Part shown: positions 12,869 through 26,200 of the stretch, piece by piece
How positions within the stretch are numbered: position 1 is the first letter of the stretch
Layout: every line of letters starts with the position of its first letter
Assembly (NCBI GenBank): GCA_965285935.1
Contig: OZ260662.1
Coordinates: 100,812,001-100,876,000 of the forward strand
Length of the DNA: 64,000 nt
Origin: Ophelia neglecta
Lineage: Eukaryota
Direction: 5' to 3'
The notes under the pieces: generated by a model
Seen by the model: only the letters and a program-made list of their open reading frames with translations
Databases searched by the model: none
What the model was told of the DNA's origin: nothing
Position numbers and translations under genes: made by a program

Positions 12869-13670
12869 AAATTGAACAATTTTAATAAAATAATAATATA
12901 TATCAAGGATTTGTCTATGATAAACAACACTAATGGGTTTCCCTCTTTTGTTTTTGAATCGAGTGCATGTTTAGGTCATTGAAGGCTGAAACGCAGTTGA
13001 CGGCTTGAAGTTAACTAGACCGTGACCATGGGCGTATAAAGCATAGCTTGGCTTGCATTCACTGACTTGACCGAACGAGATTATTGATATGTCAAAGATT
13101 TAAGTGGTTAAGTGTCTATCATGGACAAATCCATGATAAAAAATTATACTTTATCAAAATTGTTCAATTTTTATCAAGAGGGGGATTTGTATATGATAGA
13201 CAACACTTATGGGTTGATTGCTGTATCTTAGCCACTTAAATATTTTTGTATAAACCGCTAGGTATAGGAAACTTGTGTCGGAAATAACGTGTCGGTATTT
13301 AATTATATCTATTTATCTATTTATTTATTTATTACCTGTTATCATAGTGACGGGTCAGATAGATCTTTCCTCCGGTATGGCGTAGAGGGCGATTGGAAGA
13401 ATCTGATGAGCGCTTCTATCCTGCTTTGCATCGAATGCTGGTTGCAAGACCGCTCTCGTAGATGAATACTCTAGATGGTCCTGATCTACGTGATGTAGCT
13501 GGAGATCGCCGACTCTGCGAAGCGTCAAGAGAGCTAGTGTCATTGTAAGCTTACAAGTTAGGTTTGATATCTTGAGATTAAGCGGATCCTCCAATGTCTT
13601 TAGAAGTTACACAACTTCCGACACGTCCCAGGACAATCTTGTTTGTTATGAGGCAGCCCTCGGGATACTT
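12869..13670 (-). mobile_element. DIRS1-type tyrosine-recombinase retrotransposon remnant
   Basis: The minus strand 13670-13355 reads WDVSEVV*LLKTLEDPLNLKISNLTCKLTMTLALLTLRRVGDL...KQDRSAH, matching DIRS YR motifs (WDV, KL..LLAL...RV..L) with stops. Adjacent ~57-bp inverted repeats (12869-12925 / 13114-13170) and a 33-bp direct repeat (12907-12939 / 13183-13215) resemble an ITR/ICR terminus. Confidence 0.75.
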
Positions 13671-15735
13671 ATGATTGCGAAAACAGTATTTATTTTGATA
13701 GAGTTTTTTTTTTATAAAAATATCAATAAATCCCCCTCCCCCCATCATACACTTGATTTTTCAATCATGAATTGTAAAGATGCGGATTAATAAAATTATT
13801 AAATGATATCTATTCAAAACCTTAGTAAGATGCATTATTGTGAAATACAGGACACTTCCTTAGGAGAAAATCAACATTTAATTTGGATACAATGTTTATT
13901 GTGGGCACAGGCTAACACACACAGATGCTGCATTCCAACTAAAGGCACAACTGTTTTCAAATAAGATCGAACAAATCAGGCAAAAAAATCACTGCCACTA
14001 GTAGCAAGACCCTTGGCACGATCTAACTTTGACAACTACGTGTAATGTGACAGCAGACGGCTTCCCCCGACTTTCCACTACCCTGCTGGTCCGAAAGATG
14101 ATATCACGTGATCAGTTATAGTCGACTTTCTAAATTTAGTACGCCAAAGTATGAATGCATGGTCTGCCAACTTACTGACTTTTTGTCAACAATTTTAGCC
14201 CTGTTTTTAACATAAACTGCGCATTTCATTGACCTCTTAGTGGTTCAAGCCATGGCTAACCCGCTTCCACTTGTGTAGGAAGATAAGCACCTTTTTGTAC
14301 TTGGTTAGCATAGCGGCGGCTAGAATCCCACCAATTTTGATAAACCAAGATACGCTCCGGGATCAACGCTCCGCCTAATGCAAATTTGGCCCATGCAGAT
14401 ACGCCATCTAGTGGCACTCGGTTAGATCTGATGATGGCGGCAAACAGATTTCGGCCGCCGTTAGTCATCACCTATTCGAGTCACGTTATTCCCCTTTTTA
14501 CCCGTCTGATATTCCCTCTTTATTCCGGTCAAATTGGCTCCAGTTTATCTATTTGATTTTCCTAAAGTATTCGAGTAAAATTAGTTTCTGTTTACCTATC
14601 CTTTATTTTTTATTTATTCGACCTTAATTTGTTCCTGTTTTTCTTATTTGGTATGCCTTACTTATTTCAGCCACACCGGTCCTTGTATCCCTTTGCGCTT
14701 TCTTTTACTTAGTGACATCAAGCTTGTTCATGTTTCGCTGTCCGATATACATTACTTATTTGAGTCCTGAGTTTAAATCATGTTCACCTGTTCGAATCAC
14801 ATTACTTATCCGGGCAAAGTTAATTCTTTTTCCCTTATTCGATATGCGTTAGTTTTGCAAGCTGACTCGGTTCTACCTCGAACATACTAATTAGATTCTT
14901 TCTGTTTCCCTATTTCAAAATTCCTTAAACATTGGAATTAATCCACGTCGTGTTTCGCATTTGAAATTCTTTTATTAACAGAGGTATGACAGAGCTGTCA
15001 CATAGACGTATTATAAAGATACAGGCATCTCATGTTTGTTATATATAAAAATATTATATATAAATGCATATCCTGAAACGAAAATAAAACTAATGTTTAT
15101 ATATTATATATATGTATTTGTAGTCTGGATATATAGAATTACTATAGGGATGTTATATATGTATTATGAACATGTAATGTAGTGCTACAGATGGTTTGTT
15201 GTATAGGCTCCGAGACCGTTGAATGCACTGGCGATTTTTAGCATAAAACTCCGAACATTCTTTTTATGGATTCTTGTCCAATATTCTAATAATGGACATT
15301 CTTCTTAATGTTTTATAATCCTTAGTTTAGAACTTGTATTATGTTATGTACAATTTGTCCGCGTTATCTCAGAAATACAGCGCTTGGAAAAACGTGTTTA
15401 ATAGTTAGTTACGTAAAGCCTCGGACTAACATTTTCACTTTAAGCGCATTACCTGTCTGGGTGCTCTCTGTGCCACAATGTCCTGAGGGTTTTACCACAG
15501 ATACTATTAACAATTTCATTAGATTTTTTAATGAATTGTTAAAGCGACATTTGTTAAAAGGTAGTGGAATGTACAATTCCCACGGGCGTCCCAATGAAAT
15601 ATTAATGGAATTGATAATTAACCTAATTCATCCATACACACTTTTCGTATATATGTACCTTTATTTCTGTCTGATGCCGATTTTACCCATTGTTCAAGGG
15701 TTGTCTTTGCCACATTTTATCATGTATACACGTAT

Positions 15736-16802
15736 TCATGACGTTATCACTTCTTTTTCTATGACATATGTTTTGTTCCCTTTATTATTTCCTTTTCTGC
15801 TTTGCATATCTATGATAGCCGTAATCAGGACGAAGCAACCCGCTATTATCATTGAAAAAAAAAATCAGCTTTGAGTTAACAGCGAAAGCGAAAGGTGCGG
15901 CAATAGCAGCATTGTTAGCACATTAATCTATAATATCCGTTATTTTATAACCCAACCCTTACCCAAACATCTCGATTTTGTTCTTTTCGCCGCAGCTTTC
16001 GCTTTCGCTTTTAACCCAAAGCCAGGAAAACAGCAGAAAATAGTCATTGCCTCCTCCAGATAACATGCCTATTGTAAGAAATAATAATAATGAGAAATTT
16101 CATTATTCAATACCAATAAAACGGATTAAGGTCATAATGCTTTTATGTGATCTTAACACCATAAATGTATCAACAATACCTGCAATTGGTGACCCCAGAA
16201 TTGCAGCAATACCGCTTCCAATGTGCACTAGCGAAAGTACGAATGATAACAGGTCCAAGCCAAACGTCTGTTCTATAGCAACAATGAAGGTGGAACTCGT
16301 GTTCGCAAAGTACTGTGGGTCCACAAACTGATCAGTAGTATGGTCCTATAGCGTTTGGCTAAAGGCAAACATATCCCAATACCATTCTCAAAGCAAAAGA
16401 CAATGTAAAGGCGAACTGAGTTGATCCCAATATCCGAGATAACACACTCCGTAAAAGCAGATAATGCCAAGATTTGCGCTGCTGCGGCCTTGGACCCTAA
16501 CGTCACGTATATAAACTCGGCTAAGTACATGAACAGTGTATACAAAGAAACCGTCAGCATGACTGTACTAACAAACCAGCCATAGGTTTTGTAGTCCTTA
16601 AGAAGGTGACGACGCGAATTAAAGAACGATTTGCCACGTGATTTGAACGGGCTACAGGAATATACAGCGCCCCAAGGAAGCATTACTGCAACGTGGCGCC
16701 ACCTGTTAATATCATTGCCCCTCTCAATGAGTAATAATCTATAAGAATCCGGAAAATTGGAGCAAATACAATGTAAATGATTCCGAAATAGTAGCCAACA
16801 GC
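15736..16802 (-). pseudogene. SLC16/monocarboxylate-transporter (MFS) pseudogene, 3' half, copy 1
   Basis: FAPIFRILIDYYSLRGAMILTGGATLQ*CFLGAL (MCT TM5-6 motif with a TAA stop), a frameshift, then LLKDY...LFMYLAEF and FGLDLLS...GIAAILGSPIAG. Phase-1 intron at 16069-16179. The last TM is interrupted by a MITE, and there is an extra 1-nt deletion relative to copy 2. Confidence 0.8.
15867..16023. mobile_element. ~157-bp MITE with ~38-bp imperfect TIRs in the SLC16 pseudogene (second copy 20309-20465)
   Basis: gctttgagttaacagcgaaagcgaaaggtgcggcaa at the left end versus ttcgccgcagctttcgctttcgcttttaacccaaagcc at the right end. No clear TSD. Confidence 0.7.
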
Positions 16803-18160
16803 TAAAGAAGATAAAGAAGACAGCTAATAACTAATAGAAAGACGGGTTGTAATGTAAATGGCATCAAAGTCGTGGTTAAAGTGCTTTATTGTATATGCAT
16901 ACTATAACTAGAACAAGTAGAAACAGTAGTACACTGAAGCTCAACCTTGCTAGACTATTTTCGATTGCATTTTTGATATTCGTTACATGATCCACCTGTC
17001 ATGAAGGTCTTGTGTAACTGATAATAATATATACTGAAGATGTTTGTTATTAGATTGCTTACGATAGAAAGACAAAAATATCATTAAGTAGTATCTACAA
17101 TAACACAGCGTAGTATGTTTTGATTCTTTCAAGTAGTAACTTATTTAAACAATTATTTCAACAAATACCAATACCCATGTCCTCAATTATATCTTTATCG
17201 ACAGTGATATCTTATTTGGGGAGAGAATTTGTCCTTGCGCAGAACAGCAGAAGCGATCGCAAAATTCATTTCAACTCACAACATTGTATTTTTTCGGAAG
17301 TACCACTGCAACTTGTCTAGTTTTGAATCAAATTCATTGGTATTAATGAAAAACCGGAAATAAACCTAAAACTTCACTGAGCGACTGAGCTTTTATGAAA
17401 ACAAGAACCCACAAATAGAATAATGAATTTTTACATCCTAATTTACTGCTAATAAGCACAGTTCGCCAATGGGCATAGCATTTGGATTGATTGAGGAACA
17501 CGTTTAGAGTACACTGTTCGTTTCAAGTATCATAAGCTATCTGAGAGCCAGTACTTAATTGGGAGTTATGATTGTATAATGAATCTACTTTTCTCTACAC
17601 TGGATAAATTAGTTTCTTGGATCCTATCTTAATGGCTCTCCAGACGTGTATAATTCACCTGGTGCCTCCGGTAAATGTACAGAGTTCACAGTCAAAATTA
17701 CCTTAATTTACAATCCCCTATCACGTCCCTGTCAAGCAAAGCTAGATACGTAATTCCAGAGCTATACCTCATACAGGTACAAGCATACTACGAGTCCGTC
17801 GTGGACCATACAACTCTCAATTAAAGTGACTCTTACCATTTATCGAAATGATGCTATAGAAAAGGTTCAAATTTTGGTATGATAAACTAGCCATAGCATG
17901 TGGATGGGGCTGAAACTGCTGATTTCTGATGACTCCGGACCGATTACTGGACTGATCTAGATTAATGATTTGGCGTTGTCTGCCGGGTATCTACTTTTTA
18001 GTTAAGCACGGTATAAATAATCATTGCATTTGAAACATTCAATAATTTTTACTATACAATCACTAGAGATATAATCACAAAACCATGTCGTTCAATTAGA
18101 AGACGTTATTATGCTTTACGTCATTTATATTCAGGTGGAAAGGGCAGTGTTTAGAGATTG

Positions 18161-18380
18161 TCAATCATCTCCACTTCCCTCCTTGTCAAACGACCTAAAG
18201 GTGCGTCGCAGCACGGCTTCCCTATGAGATACAAAGGAAAAGATGAAGGCAGTTATAACCCGATAGCATAGTATAAGTATAGATAGATTCTTAGAGAAGT
18301 TGCAAAGAAAGTCATGTAGTCATTAGATGGTATGAATTGTACGCCTTTTTGAAGAAGTACCTGTGTGTTTTGACAGTCAT
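18161..18380 (-). pseudogene. EF-hand protein pseudo-exons, paralog of the 26473-31816 gene, copy 1
   Basis: An acceptor ctcatAG is followed by (R)EAVLRRTFRSFDKEGSGDD* (18221-18161), versus RDAVLRRTFRMFDKDGNGEID in the intact gene, in the same splice phase. The upstream ...CACAG|gt at 18361 mirrors the end of exon 2. Confidence 0.75.
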
Positions 18381-18385
18381 GCGCA

Positions 18386-21300
18386 AAGGTGCGTTCTTTT
18401 ATATAGTAATTGTGTGTCCAGATACGCAATGATCTATAAAATAAAACTATAAACTCTGTGTAGACGAAGTGATATATATCCAATATAAACGCAATGAAAC
18501 CGACTTTTTGCAATAATAAACATTTTGAAATTGATAAACGAACAAAAATTAATTAATTAGATTAATATGTGAGAAATAATCCAATTTTAAGAAATGCTAA
18601 TATATCTATTTTATTTTGCATATTTGTTATCTTATAAAATGTTTTTATATCGTGCGACATTGTGGAAACAAGCTTTGAGACCAATATCTTTTAACTTCTC
18701 TTATTCTTACAAGTAGGACATTCCCAGATATAAATAATTTGATATTAAACAGATTTATATTTTTACCTTAATAACATCAGGCATGTGTAATAAATAAGCG
18801 AGAAAATTGCTACAGGCAAAATGGCAGTAAAGGTATCAATTGTAGGTGTTGTATTTAGAATTTCATTTAACAGTTAAAGCATCATGAACCTGGAATTGTT
18901 TGTTGTTAAATTGAACAATTTTAATAAAATAATAATATATATCAAGGATTTGTCTATGATAAACAACACTTATGGGTTTCCCTCTTTTGTTTTTGAATCG
19001 AGTGCATGTTTAGGTCATTGAAGGCTGAAACGCAGTTGACGGCTTGAAGTTAACTAGACCGTGACTATGGGCGTATAAAGCATAGCTTGGCTTGCATTCA
19101 CTGACTTGACCGAACGAGATTATTGATATGTCAAAGATTTAATTGGTTAAGTGTCTATCATGGACAAATCCAATCTTGTTCATGTTTCGCTGTCCGATAT
19201 ACATTACTTATTTGAGTCCTGAGTTTAAATCATGTTCACCTGTTCGAATCACATTACTTATCCGGGCAAAGTTAATTCTTTTTCCCTTATTCGATATGCG
19301 TTAGTTTTGCAAGCTGACTCGGTTCTACCTCGAACATACTAATTAGATTCTTTCTGTTTCCCTATTTCAAAATTCCTTAAACATTGGAATTAATCCACGA
19401 CGTGTTTCGCATTTGAAATTCTTTTATTAACAGAGGTATGACAGAGCTGTCACATAGACGTATTATAAAGATACAGGCATCTCATGTTTGTTATATATAA
19501 AAATATTATATATAAATGAAACGAAAATAAAACTAATGTTTATATATTATATATATGTATTTGTAGTCTGGATATATAGAATTACTATAGGGATGTTATA
19601 TATGTATTATGAACATGTAATGTAGTGCTACAGATGGTTTGTTGTATAGGCTCCGAGACCGTTGAATGCACTGGCGATTTTTAGCATAAAACTCCAAACA
19701 TTCTTTTTATGGATTCTTGTCCAATATTCTAATAATGGACATTCTTCTTAATGTTTTATAATCCTTAGTTTAGAACTTGTATTATGTTATGTACAATTTG
19801 TCCGCGTTATCTCAGAAATACAGCGCTTGGAAAAACGTGTTTAATAGTTAGTTACGTAAAGCCTCGGACTAACATTTTCACTTTAAGCGCATTACCTGTC
19901 TGGGTGCTCTCTGTGCCACAATGTCCTGAGGGTTTTACCACAGATACTATTAACAATTTCATTAGATTTTTTAATGAATTGTTAAAGCGACATTTGTTAA
20001 AAGGTAGTGGAATGTACAATTCCCACGGGCGTCCCAATGAAATATTAATGGAATTGATAATCAACTCAATTCATCCATACACACTTTTCGTATATATGTA
20101 CCTTTATTTCTGTCTGACGCCGATTTTACCCATTGTTTAAGGGTTGTCTTTGCCACATTTTATCATGTATACACGTATTCATGACGTTATCACTTCTTTT
20201 TCTATGACATATGTTTTGTTCCCTTTATTATTTCCTTTTCTGCTTTGCATATCTATGATAGCCGTAATCAGGACAAAACAACCCGCTATTATCATTGAAA
20301 AGAAAATCGGCTTTGAGTTAACAGCGAAAGCGAAAGGTGCGGCAATAGCAGCATTGTTAGCACATTAATCTATAATATCCGTTATTTTATAACCCAACCC
20401 TTACCCAAACATCTCGATTTTGTTCTTTTCGCCGCAGCTTTCGCTTTCGCTTTTAACCCAAAGCCAGGAAAACAGCAGAAAATAGTCATTGCCTCCTCCA
20501 GATAACATGCCTATTGTAAGAAATATTAATAATGAGAAATCTCATTATTCAATACCAATAAAACGGATTAAGGTCATAATGCTTTTATGTGATCTTAACA
20601 CCATAAATGTATCAACAATACCTGCAATTGGTGGCCCCAGAATTGCAGCAATACCGCTTCCAATGTGCACTAGCGAAAATACGAAGGATAACAGGTCCAA
20701 GCCAAACGTCTGTTCTACAGCAACAATGAAGGTGGAACTCGTGTTCGCAAAAGTACTGTGGGTCCACAAACTGATCAGTAGTATGGTCCTATAGCGTTTG
20801 GCTAAAGGCAAACATATCCCAATACCATTCTCAAAGCAAAAGACAATGTAAAGGCGAACTGAGTTGATCCCAATATCCGAGATAACACACTCCGTAAAAG
20901 CAGATAATGCCAAGATTTGCGCTGCTGCGGCCTTGGACCCTAACGTCACGTATATAAACTCGGCTAAGTACATGAACAGTGTATACAAAGAAACCGTCAG
21001 CATGACTGTACTAACAAACCAGCCATAGGTTTTGTAGTCCTTAAGAAGGTGACGACGCGAATTAAAGAACGATTTGCCACGTGATTTGAACGGGCTACAG
21101 GAATATACAGCGCCCCAAGGAAGCATTACTGCAACGTGGCGCCACCTGTTAATATCATTGCCCCTCTCAATGAGTAATAATCTATAAGAATCCGGAAAAT
21201 TGGAGCAAATACAATGTAAATGATTCCGAAATAGTAGCCAACAGCTAAAGAAGATAAAGAAGACAGCTAATAACTAATAGAAAGACGGGTTGTAATGTAA

Positions 21301-22830
21301 ATGGCATCAAAGTCGTGGTTAAAGTGCTTTATTGTATATGCATACTATAACTAGAACAAGTAGAAACAGTAGTACACTGAAGCTCAACCTTGCTAGACTA
21401 TTTTCGATTGCATTTTTGATATTCGTTACATGATCCACCTGTCATGAAGGTCTTGTGTAACTGATAATAATATATACTGAAGATGTTTGTTATTAGATTG
21501 CTTACGATAGAAAGACAAAAATATCATTAAGTAGTATCTACAATAACACAGCGTAGTATGTTTTGATTCTTTCAAGTAGTAACTTATTTAAACAATTATT
21601 TCAACAAATACCAATACCCATGTCCTCAATTATATCTTTATCGACAGTGATATCTTATTTGGGGAGAGAATTTGTCCTTGCGCAGAACAGCAGAAGCGAT
21701 CGCAAAATTCATTTCAACTCACAACATTGTATTTTTTCGGAAGTACCACTGCAACTTGTCTAGTTTTGAATCAAATTCATTGGTATTAATGAAAAACCGG
21801 AAATAAACCTAAAACTTCACTGAGCGACTGAGCTTTTATGAAAACAAGAACCCACAAATAGAATAATGAATTTTTACATCCTAATTTACTGCTAATAAGC
21901 ACAGTTCGCCAATGGGCATAGCATTTGGATTGATTGAGGAACACGTTTAGAGTACACTGTTCGTTTCAAGTATCATAAGCTATCTGAGAGCCAGTACTTA
22001 ATTGGGAGTTATGATTGTATAATGAATCTACTTTTCTCTACACTGGATAAATTAGTTTCTTGGATCCTATCTTAATGGCTCTCCAGACGTGTATAATTCA
22101 GCTGGTGCCTCCGGTAAATGTACAGAGTTCACAGTCAAAATTGCCTTAATTTACAATCCCCTATCACGTCCCTGTCAAGCAAAGCTAGATACGTAATTCC
22201 AAAGCTATACCTCATACAGGTACAAGCATACTACGAGTCCGTCGTGGACCATACAACTCTCAATTAAAGTGACTCTTACCATTTATCGAAATGATGCCAT
22301 AGAAAAGGTTCAAATTTTGGGATGATAAACTAGCCATAGCATGTGGATGGGGCTGAAACTGCTGATTTCTGATCACTCCGGGCCGATTACTGGACTGATC
22401 TAGATTAATGACTTGGCGTTGTCTGCCGGGTATCTACTTTTTAGTTAAGCACGGTATAAATAATCATTGCATTTGAAACATTCAATAATTTTTACTAGAC
22501 AATCACCAGAGATATAATCACAAAACCATGTCGTTCAATTAGAAGACGTTATTATGCTTTACGTCATTTATATTCAGGTGGAAAGGGCAGTGTTTAGAGA
22601 TTGTCAATCATCTCCACTTCCCTCCTTGTCAAACGACCTAAAGGTGCGTCGCAGCACGGCTTCCCTATGAGATACAAAGGAAAAGATGAAGGCAGTTATA
22701 ACCCGATAGCATAGTATAAGTATAGATAGATTCTTAGAGAAGTTGCAAAGAAAGTCATGTAGTCATTAGATGGTATGAATTGTACGCCTTTTTGAAGAAG
22801 TACCTGTGTGTTTTGACAGTCATGCGCAAA
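18386..22830. repeat. Tandem segmental duplication, copy 2 (~4.4 kb; lacks 13134-14722 of copy 1)
   Basis: The offset to copy 1 is 6039 at the start and 4443 at the end. The junction ggacaaatcca-at-cttgttcatg at ~19171 replaces ~1.59 kb; there is a further 9-bp deletion near 19517. Confidence 0.95.
20179..21245 (-). pseudogene. SLC16/monocarboxylate-transporter pseudogene, copy 2
   Basis: Duplicate of copy 1. It retains GPPIAG and a longer open frame (20545-21126), but has the same TAA stop, frameshift and MITE. Confidence 0.8.
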
Positions 22831-22840
22831 TTCGCCCTAT
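22604..22840 (-). pseudogene. EF-hand protein pseudo-exons, copy 2
   Basis: Duplicate of 18161-18380 (exon 22664-22604, donor at 22803). Confidence 0.75.
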
Positions 22841-22861
22841 GGCTGAAAATGATCGACCTTT

Positions 22862-22870
22862 TTGATTATT

Positions 22871-22927
<57 letters not shown>

Positions 22928-23205
22928 AAATGCTCTAAAGCGCTTTACTTTGTCCTAAAAATATACATTGCACTATTTTTGTTACACGATAAAAAATATG
23001 GCAGCTTAGATATCACAGGGTAAAAGTGAATAAAATTTGAATGAATAAATAATGAATAATAATTAATTATGACTGGGTCTAAAATGCAGTAGGCCTATTT
23101 AAGAAAAAGATAAAAGTCAATTTGGGTATGCTAATTTAAAAATGTAAGTCTTTAGGTTCTTTTTAAAAGTTTCTAGTGATTTGGCACATTTAAGAGATTC
23201 CAGGC
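22862..23205 (-). mobile_element. 3' end of an L2/CR1-group LINE with (AAT)n tail
   Basis: The minus strand encodes KCAKSLETFKKNLKTYIFKLAYPN* (typical L2 ORF2 C-terminus FK..LKT.LF), then gtaaagcgctttagag and an (AAT)n microsatellite at ~22862-22927. Confidence 0.7.
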
Positions 23206-26200
23206 ATTCGTTCTAAGAGTAAATTTTATGTTGAATATAAAGCTAAGTAGAAATAAAAGCAAGCTAGACCCTTTATTGCACAATTCAGGTTGGACACAAT
23301 ACTTAAACGGAATCATTTCCCTTATTATAAAGGGGCTATATAATGTGTTTGTTGAAAGTTCAACCCAGTTTATGACTTATGATGTTATCACGGGCTAGTG
23401 AGCTATTTTATTTATGTGACACAATGCATCATATGCTTTGCCGCTACTCAGTTGGGATAAATAAGGAGCAAGAATGCAACTAGTTTACGAGCTTGCACAA
23501 TCTTCAGACAATACATTCTCTTGCATGCTTGTCGATCAAATCCCCGTGGCAATCACGATACAAAAAAAGCTGGATTATTTGCCATTAATAGCAATTAAAT
23601 GGTCGACGCTTTATTTTCTTTATTGGCTTTATATACAAATACAGATGGCAATGATGGGGCCAGCAAATAATAATCTCATTGGTCCAGTAACCTTTGCAGC
23701 AATGAACCAATCAGAGTAGAGCCCATCAATTGGTTAAAAAAGATACACCAATGATTGGCCAAGCGAGGATATATCTCTTCCATTTGGCTTTTGTCATTAA
23801 TGAACGAAGCAAAATTAACGTTGGCCATAATATTTTCTCCAATGATTTACAAAATACAAATCATCTCTTTGATCAATCACATGACTTACGCCAATTGTGA
23901 TCCATCCAATACAATCCCCTCCCATATCTGCTATACGATTTGCCATTTTATAGCAATTACAAAGAACAAACATACACTAACATTAATTGTAATTGAACAA
24001 AATAAACATGGGAAGGTAGTCTCTGTAGGGTAAAAACGGCAGTGGATATCCGGCATACAAGGCAAAGTCAACAGTCAAGAAAACATTAATATAACGGTCA
24101 GAAATCACCAGGAACAACCAGCTGCAGTCCCAAAATCACCAGTCGCAGCACTACAACAGTAAATCACTTTGTGATAAAATTGATACTAATAATAGTTCAA
24201 ATTAGTTATTATTTGCAATGAGAAGTAGTAAACAGTTTTCCATGATTCCAGAGTACACCACAAATGAGTCAGTGGTCAACGTAAAGATGGCTGTCCATTT
24301 CAACGCATATAATCATGAGAAATTTAAAAGTGGAAGGTTTAGAGGCTTAAGGCATGAAAACAGAGCTGCTTAGAAAAATATCAGAGAGTAAACGGAGCGT
24401 GAAACTTAAAACCCTAATACCTAAGGGGTTGATTTAAATAAATGATTGTTTTATTTCCCTCGAGATTAAAACCAAAACACTGTTTGTTTTTTATACACGA
24501 AGGTGCGATACTCCCACCTCCATGATATGGCGCAAAAGGCGTCTGTTGTATGCACTTCCTCTTGCCATGATTGTTTTTCTTAGCACCCATTGTGGAGCCG
24601 GAGGTGCCACCAATAAGGGAATGGCTTCAACCGTCTGTAATATTATTTTATGATTCTATTGACACCTTATCTTTACAGAACACTATGTATGCATGGGAGG
24701 GGAATCCCTATTTAGGGGAATGCTCCACCGTCGCCGGTAATCGTTACCGCCGATTAAACGCACTCAAAAGTTATGTGCCAATTAAAGCTTGGTATAAGCG
24801 CTTTGATCAAGTTGACGCACGTGGTCCACTTTTTTTCAGGTATTACTCGTTTTTTGTTTTTATACTGAGCGAGTATGTATTTAGCTTTACCATGTTCTAA
24901 TGTATAGGATCTGACAATGTAAACTTGCAATGGATAGGGAGTAAATGATGATAACTATCGCAATATAAATAAAGAGGTCCGTTGATAATTTTTCTCGCGG
25001 ATTAGTATAGACTAGGCCAGCTTCACAGATTAGGGACTTATTAATACTGATACATAATCCACTTAGGAACATATAAGGAATGTTCGTATTTTTGGCGCGT
25101 AGAACATCACCGTAGCTATTGAAAGCCCGCCATAATATCACCTAAGAAGTACTAAGCACACGCGTATTACCCTCATAGTATTCCCAATTTCATTAAAGGA
25201 ATCTTAATGAATAATCATAAGAAGTATACATCCTTACATTTCGCGAGCATTACTAATGACCCATAGAGCAAACTAGATTAGGTGGTATGTGTGATGGATA
25301 TCAAGTGCAATTGGTCATTATCTATACGTATTACAAATGAACAGTGTAATTATGCCTAACCTGACGCCATCTGCAGCACTGTGTATGATTATGAACTATG
25401 GAACGGTATTTTGATGCATGCGAATTAGAACGACCACATGGGAATAATGTGTGAAACACCCCATGACGGCAAGCGACATTTCATTCATTAGTCCCAGCTC
25501 ATTGATGGTTAGTAAGAAAAAGAATTTAACAGTGGAATGATTGTGTGCTCTATGTTATGGTTGCTAGCATTTTATTTAAGAAACGACTGCTACATTTACA
25601 AAAACAAATATAATATATTGTGTAGATGTTCGTTTGGTTAATTGTGACATATACTGTTGTTCCATAGGGCCGAGCGTTTCATGTTATTAATTTATAGATA
25701 ATGGAACATTTAACAACAATAATAGCATGCATTAGTTACCGAAAATACAGCACTTGCAACATAAATAAATATTCGTATACATGTATTGTAATCGCTATTT
25801 AAAAGCACGTTTCGTTAATATTAGCCATATTAAAATAATAATTGGAAATATGCATTCTATCGGTAACTTCCTCCCACGCAAAGCCTATTATAATAATACG
25901 TGCTATATACAAACTATGTGCTACAGATGTATATATAATATATTTTTGCAACAGCTATTATAAACAATGTACACGGTAATGTTAAAATCCACGTTTAGTG
26001 TAGTCCTTCGGACTCGGTGCAGCGGAAAACTCCACCGTCTAGCCAAGACGGCGCACAATTGTATCAATCAACATCTACACTTCAAAAGCAAACAAAATAC
26101 ACCTTGATACTAACTGACAATACGCCAAAAGGGTCTAAAAGATGTTTAGCAAATGTAAACTGATATTAACCCAGATAGATAGTTATTGTTATATAAAACC

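Larger units (their letters stand above)
12347..18387. repeat. Tandem segmental duplication, copy 1 (~6.0 kb)
   Basis: Near-identical to 18386-22830. Head-to-tail junction gcgcaAAggtgcg with 2-nt microhomology. Confidence 0.95.

Noticed and set aside
15341-15874. 177-aa plus-strand ORF
   Set aside because: No recognisable motif, partly antisense to the SLC16 remnant, and interrupted by a stop in the duplicate copy.
24571-24900. 109-aa ORF with exon-like splice signals
   Set aside because: No recognisable domain, and the implied intron would be only ~43 bp.
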